Shown here: piece by piece, positions 45,446-50,106 of the stretch
How positions within the stretch are numbered: position 1 is the first letter of the stretch
Layout of the letters: each line of letters opens with the position of its first letter
Source: Myxococcales bacterium
Lineage (GTDB): Bacteria; Myxococcota_A; UBA9042; JABWCM01; BTVJ01
Length of the DNA: 50,106 nt
Direction of reading: 5' to 3'
Assembly (NCBI GenBank): GCA_045863395.1
Contig: BTVJ01000054.1
Span: forward strand, 1-50,106
Program-made: the position numbers and the translations under genes
The notes under the pieces: generated by a model
Database searches by the model: none
Seen by the model: the letters and a program-made list of their open reading frames with translations, nothing else
Told to the model about the DNA's origin: nothing

Positions 45446-48400
45446 ATGGCAGACAGGCGACTCGTCACGGTCGACGGCAACGAGGCCGCGGCGTCGGTGG
45501 CATACCGCACCAACGAGGTGATCGCCATCTACCCGATCACGCCCGCATCGGCGATGGGCGAGCTGTCGGATGACTGGGCGGCGCACGGGCAGACGAACAT
45601 CTGGGGTTCGGTGCCGCAGGTCAGCGAGATGCAGTCGGAGGCCGGGGCCGCCGGCGCGGTGCACGGGTCGCTGCAGGCGGGCGCCCTGACGACCACGTTC
45701 ACGTCGTCGCAGGGCCTGCTCTTGATGATCCCCAACATGTACAAGATCGCGGGGGAGCTCAGCTCCTTCTGCATGCACGTGGCGGCGCGCAGCCTCGCGA
45801 CGCACGCGCTGAGCATCTTCGGGGACCACTCGGACGTCATGGCGTGCCGGCAGACCGGCTTCGCACTGCTGTGCTCTGGGAACGTCCAGGAGGCGCAGGA
45901 CTTCGCCCTGGTGGGGCAGGCGGCGTCGCTGGCTGCGCGGGTGCCGGTCCTGCACTTCTTCGACGGGTTTCGGACGTCCCACGAGATCGCCCGGATCGAG
46001 GAGCTCACCGACGACGACCTGCGGGCGGTCATCGGCGACGACGCCGTGCGGGCCCACCGGGAGCGGGGGCTGTCGCCCGAGCGCCCCGTCGTGCGGGGTA
46101 CGGCGCAGAACCCGGACGCCTTCTTCCAGGCCCGCGAGGGCTGCAACCCGTGGCACGCCGCCATGCCGGGGCACGTTCAAGGTGCCTTCGACCGGTTGGC
46201 CGCAGTGGTGGGGCGCCAGTACAAGCTGTTCGAGTACGTGGGGCACCCGGAGGCGGAGCGGGTCATCGTGATGATGGGCTCCGGGGCGGAGACGGCCCAC
46301 GAGACCGTGGAGGCCCTCGTCGGGCGGGGCGAGAAGGTGGGGCTGGTCAAGGTGCGCCTGTACCGGCCCTTCAGCGTGGAGCACCTGGTCGCCGCGCTGC
46401 CGAGGACCACGCAGACGATTGCGGTGCTCGACCGGACGAAGGAGCCGGGGAGCGTCGGCGAGCCTCTGTACCTGGATGTGCTGGTCGGGCTGCACCAGGC
46501 CATGGCGCACGGGCGGACCTTCGAGCGCATGCCGGTGGTCTTTGGAGGGCGCTACGGGCTCTCGTCCAAAGAGTTCACGCCGGCGATGGTCAAGGCGGTC
46601 TACGACGAGGCCGCGAAGGCCCACCCGAAGAACGGCTTCACCGTCGGCATCGTCGACGACGTGAGCCACACGTCCCTCGAGGTCGATGCGAGCTTCGACC
46701 TGGAGGACGCGGACACCGTGCGGGCGGTGTTCTACGGGCTCGGCGCGGACGGGACCGTGGGGGCCAACAAGAACACCATCAAGATCATCGGGGAGGAGAC
46801 CCCCCAGTTCGCGCAGGGCTACTTCGTCTACGACTCCAAGAAGTCGGGCGCCGTGACCGTCTCGCACCTGCGGTTCGGGCCGCGACCGATTCGGTCGACG
46901 TACAAGATCCAGCGGGCCTCGCTGGTCGCCGTGCACCAGTGGGAGTTCCTCGCCAAGCTCGATGTGCTGGAGCTGGCCGACCAGGGCTCCGTGCTGCTGC
47001 TCAACGCGCCGGTGCCCCGGGAGCAGGTGTGGGGTGAGCTGCCCGCCGAGGTGCAGCAGGGCATCCTCGACAAGGGCCTGGAGGTGTGGGCCATCGACGC
47101 CATCCAGGTGGCGCAGGACGCCGGTATGGGGCGCCACATCAACACGATCATGCAGGTGTGCTTCTTCGCCATCTCCAAGGTGCTGCCGCGCGACGAGGCC
47201 ATCGAGCAGATCAAGGGGGCCATCCGCAAGACCTACGCGAAGAAGGGCGACGAGCTGGTGCGGCGCAACTTTGCCGCCGTGGACAAGACCCTGGAGAACC
47301 TGTACCGCGTGACCCCGCCCGGCGGCGTGACGGCGGTGTGGAGGCGGCCGCCCGTGGTCAGCGACGCGGCCCCGGATTTCGTCAAGCGCGTCTCGGCGGT
47401 GATGATGGCGGGGAGGGGTGATCTGCTGCCCGTCAGCGCCTTCCCCGTCGATGGCACGTGGCCGGTCGGCACCGCAAAGTGGGAGAAGCGGGCCATCGCC
47501 CTCGAGGTGCCGGTCTGGGATTCGTCCATCTGCATCCAGTGCAACAAGTGCGCGCTGATGTGCCCCCACTCGGCCATCCGGGCGAAGATCTATGAGCCCG
47601 CGGCGCTGCGCGAGGCGCCCGAGACCTTCAAGTCCACGGACTACAAGGACAAGGCGCACGAGGGCATGCGGTACACCATCCAGGTGGCCCCGGAGGACTG
47701 CACCGGGTGCAACCTGTGTGTGATGGTGTGCCCGGCCAAGGACAAGACCAACCCGCGGCACAAGGCCATCGACATGACGCCGATGGCGCCGCTGCGGGCG
47801 AGCGAGGCGATCAACTGGGAGTTCTTCCTGGGGCTGCCCGAGGTGGACCGGACGACGGTGAAGAGCGACCTGAAGAGCAGCCAGCTCCTGCAGCCGCTCT
47901 TCGAGTACTCGGGGGCCTGCGCCGGCTGCGGGGAGACGCCGTACATCAAGCTCCTGACGCAGCTCCTGGGGGACCGGCTGCTCATCGCCAACGCGACGGG
48001 GTGCTCGTCCATCTTCGGCGGCAACCTGCCGACGACTCCGTACACCACGAATAGTGATGGGCGCGGTCCCGCGTGGGCCAACTCGCTCTTCGAGGACAAC
48101 GCGGAGTTCGGCTACGGCATGCGGCTGGCGGTGGACTACCAAGCGCGGCTCGCGCGGGAGCTGTTGAAGGGGCTCGCGGCGGCGGGGGCCGTGGACGCCG
48201 GGCTGGCGGAGGGGCTGCTGGACGCGGTGCAGACCGACGAGGCGGGCATCCGGGCGCAGCGCGGGCGGGTCGTGGCGTTGCGGGAGGCGCTTGCGCGAGG
48301 CGGGGCTGCGGAGGCACGGCTCGCCTCCGTGGCGGAGTACCTCGTGCGGCGCAGCGTGTGGATCGTCGGCGGCGACGGGTGGGCCTACGACATCGGCTTC

Positions 48401-49018
48401 GGCGGTCTGGATCATGTCTTGGCCAGCTCCGCCAACGTCAAGGTGCTGGTGCTCGACACGGAGGTCTACTCCAACACGGGTGGGCAGCAGTCCAAGGCGA
48501 CGCCGCTCGGGGCCGCAGCCAAGTTTGCGGTCGCTGGCAAGTCCGTGGGCAAGAAGGATTTGGGCATGATGGCCATGAGCTACGGGCACGTGTACGTGGC
48601 CCGGGTGGCCATCGGCGCGAAGGACGCCCAGACGGTCAAGGCCTTCCAGGAGGCGGAGGCGCACGACGGGCCTGCGCTGATCATCGCCTACAGCCACTGC
48701 ATCGCCCACGGCTACGACTTGATGTATGGGGCCGAGCAGCAGAAGCTGGCGGTGAAGTCGGCGGTGTGGCCGCTGTTCCGGTTCAACCCGGCGCGCAAGG
48801 CGGCGGGGCTGCCGCCTCTGGAGCTGGACTCGGGGCCGGCGGCGGCCAAGGTCACGGACTTCATGCGCAACGAGATGCGGTTCCGCATGGTGGAGCGGAC
48901 GGACCCGGAGCGCTTCAAGTGGCTCATGGAGGAGGCGCAGCGCATGACGGCGCAGCGCTTCGCGGTGTACCAGCAGCTCGCCGGGGTCAAGTGGCCCGGG
49001 GGCGAGCCAGGCGCGTAG
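45446..49018 (+). CDS. nifJ: Pyruvate:ferredoxin (flavodoxin) oxidoreductase, single-chain (1190 aa)
   Basis: GGAGG RBS. DGNEAAA, AIYPITP, EMQSEAGAAG, GLGADGTVGANK, CIQCNKCALMCP, CTGCNLCVMVCP, FEYSGACAGCGE, GGDGWAYDIG, EVYSNTGGQ. Confidence 0.97.
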   Translation: MADRRLVTVDGNEAAASVAYRTNEVIAIYPITPASAMGELSDDWAAHGQTNIWGSVPQVSEMQSEAGAAGAVHGSLQAGALTTTFTSSQGLLLMIPNMYKIAGELSSFCMHVAARSLATHALSIFGDHSDVMACRQTGFALLCSGNVQEAQDFALVGQAASLAARVPVLHFFDGFRTSHEIARIEELTDDDLRAVIGDDAVRAHRERGLSPERPVVRGTAQNPDAFFQAREGCNPWHAAMPGHVQGAFDRLAAVVGRQYKLFEYVGHPEAERVIVMMGSGAETAHETVEALVGRGEKVGLVKVRLYRPFSVEHLVAALPRTTQTIAVLDRTKEPGSVGEPLYLDVLVGLHQAMAHGRTFERMPVVFGGRYGLSSKEFTPAMVKAVYDEAAKAHPKNGFTVGIVDDVSHTSLEVDASFDLEDADTVRAVFYGLGADGTVGANKNTIKIIGEETPQFAQGYFVYDSKKSGAVTVSHLRFGPRPIRSTYKIQRASLVAVHQWEFLAKLDVLELADQGSVLLLNAPVPREQVWGELPAEVQQGILDKGLEVWAIDAIQVAQDAGMGRHINTIMQVCFFAISKVLPRDEAIEQIKGAIRKTYAKKGDELVRRNFAAVDKTLENLYRVTPPGGVTAVWRRPPVVSDAAPDFVKRVSAVMMAGRGDLLPVSAFPVDGTWPVGTAKWEKRAIALEVPVWDSSICIQCNKCALMCPHSAIRAKIYEPAALREAPETFKSTDYKDKAHEGMRYTIQVAPEDCTGCNLCVMVCPAKDKTNPRHKAIDMTPMAPLRASEAINWEFFLGLPEVDRTTVKSDLKSSQLLQPLFEYSGACAGCGETPYIKLLTQLLGDRLLIANATGCSSIFGGNLPTTPYTTNSDGRGPAWANSLFEDNAEFGYGMRLAVDYQARLARELLKGLAAAGAVDAGLAEGLLDAVQTDEAGIRAQRGRVVALREALARGGAAEARLASVAEYLVRRSVWIVGGDGWAYDIGFGGLDHVLASSANVKVLVLDTEVYSNTGGQQSKATPLGAAAKFAVAGKSVGKKDLGMMAMSYGHVYVARVAIGAKDAQTVKAFQEAEAHDGPALIIAYSHCIAHGYDLMYGAEQQKLAVKSAVWPLFRFNPARKAAGLPPLELDSGPAAAKVTDFMRNEMRFRMVERTDPERFKWLMEEAQRMTAQRFAVYQQLAGVKWPGGEPGA

Positions 49019-49027
49019 GAGGCCGAG

Positions 49028-50032
49028 ATGAACCAGAAGCCGTCCCTGAAGACGACCTATCTCGGCATCGATCTGCCGCATCCGCTCGTGCCCGGGGCCT
49101 CGCCCATCGCGCAGGATCTGGAGCTGGTCAAGCGGGCGGCGGAGGCCGGGGCGCCCATGATCACCATGCACTCGCTCTTCGAGGAGCAGATCGTCGGGGA
49201 GCAGGTGGCCGCGTGGCGGGCCATCGACCAGCATGCCCACGCCTTCCCCGAGGCGCTGACGTATTTTCCGGACCCCGAGGAGTACGCGCTCGGGCCCGAG
49301 GAGTACCTGGAGCAGATCCACCGCATCAAGGAGGCGACCGGGCTGCCGGTCGTGGGGTCGCTCAACGGCATCACGCTGGGCGTGTGGCTGGATTACGCGC
49401 GGCAGATGGTGCAGGCGGGGTGCGACGCGCTGGAGCTCAACGTGTACCAGCTCGTGACCAACCCGGAGCAGGACGCGGCGGACGTGGAGGAGCGGACCAT
49501 CGAGGTGGTCGCGGCGGTCAAGGAGGTGGTCTCCGTGCCCGTGGCCGTCAAGCTGTCGCCCTTCTACACGTCGCTGCCGAACTTCGCCCGCGCCCTGTGC
49601 GAGGCCGGGGCCGACGGGATCGTGCTCTTCAACCGCTTCTACCAGCCGGACATCGACGTGGAGGAGCTGGAGGTGCGCCACGAGCTGCACCTGAGCACCT
49701 CCGAGGAGCTGAACCTGCGGCTGCGATGGCTGGCGGTGCTGTCCGGGCGGGTCGACGCGGACCTGGCGGTCACCGGCGGCGTCCACACGGGGCTCGACGC
49801 CATCAAGGCGATCATGGCGGGGGCGGACCTCGTGCAGATGGTCTCCGCGCTGCTTCTGCACGGACCCGAGCGCCTGCGTGTGGTGCTGGAGGACATGCGG
49901 GCCTGGCTGCAGGAGCACGACTACGCGTCGTTGGACCAGGCACGGGGGAGCATGAGCCTGCTTCGCTGCCCGGATCCGCGATCCTACGAGCGCGCCAACT
50001 ACATGAAGATGCTGCGCACCTGGGGGAGATAG
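49028..50032 (+). CDS. Dihydroorotate dehydrogenase-like flavoprotein, PFOR-associated type (334 aa)
   Basis: AGGAGG RBS, 9 nt gap after the nifJ stop. LKTTYLGI.L..P, SLFEEQI, ALELNVY, PVAVKLSP, LFNRFYQPDID, TGGVH, AGADLVQMVS, YERANY. Confidence 0.9.
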   Translation: MNQKPSLKTTYLGIDLPHPLVPGASPIAQDLELVKRAAEAGAPMITMHSLFEEQIVGEQVAAWRAIDQHAHAFPEALTYFPDPEEYALGPEEYLEQIHRIKEATGLPVVGSLNGITLGVWLDYARQMVQAGCDALELNVYQLVTNPEQDAADVEERTIEVVAAVKEVVSVPVAVKLSPFYTSLPNFARALCEAGADGIVLFNRFYQPDIDVEELEVRHELHLSTSEELNLRLRWLAVLSGRVDADLAVTGGVHTGLDAIKAIMAGADLVQMVSALLLHGPERLRVVLEDMRAWLQEHDYASLDQARGSMSLLRCPDPRSYERANYMKMLRTWGR

Positions 50033-50106
50033 GGAGGGGGGGGGAGTTTTCACCAAAAAAAATAACCGGAATGACCCCGGAGATCAGATATTAGGATACT
50101 TTTCAC

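Noticed and set aside
44258..50056. 1932-aa minus-strand ORF
   Set aside because: Antisense shadow of dusB, nifJ and the DHODH-like gene. High-GC codon bias suppresses stops, and it has no recognisable motifs.

Overview
High-GC bacterial chromosomal window, most consistent with an uncultured Myxococcota/deltaproteobacterial genome (inferred from the Cys-rich CDDGNPCT lipoproteins, PEGA/TPR proteins, Ser/Thr kinase, FHA coiled coil and PxxKW protein). I call about 30 CDSs. Housekeeping: pgi, dusB, nifJ/PFOR with a DHODH-like partner, and an acyltransferase with an atypical SDR. Surface: three very large Cys-rich lipoproteins and an MBOAT plus two SGNH O-acylation genes. Signalling: a kinase/PilZ/FHA cluster and two back-to-back ECF sigma/anti-sigma modules. 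Two candidates for undescribed systems stand out. (1) An ECF sigma factor, a soluble Zn-finger anti-sigma-like protein and a membrane-anchored CHAT (caspase-like) protease with an extracytoplasmic DUF4384-like domain (40368-43789), which looks like a CRISPR-independent proteolytic signalling cascade. (2) An unannotated ~185-nt minus-strand structured RNA (about 43995 to 43810), bracketed by a consensus sigma54 promoter, an enhancer-like palindrome and a cUUCGg intrinsic terminator. No rRNA, tRNA, CRISPR array or transposase was recognised. All domain calls come from reading motifs by eye, not from database searches.
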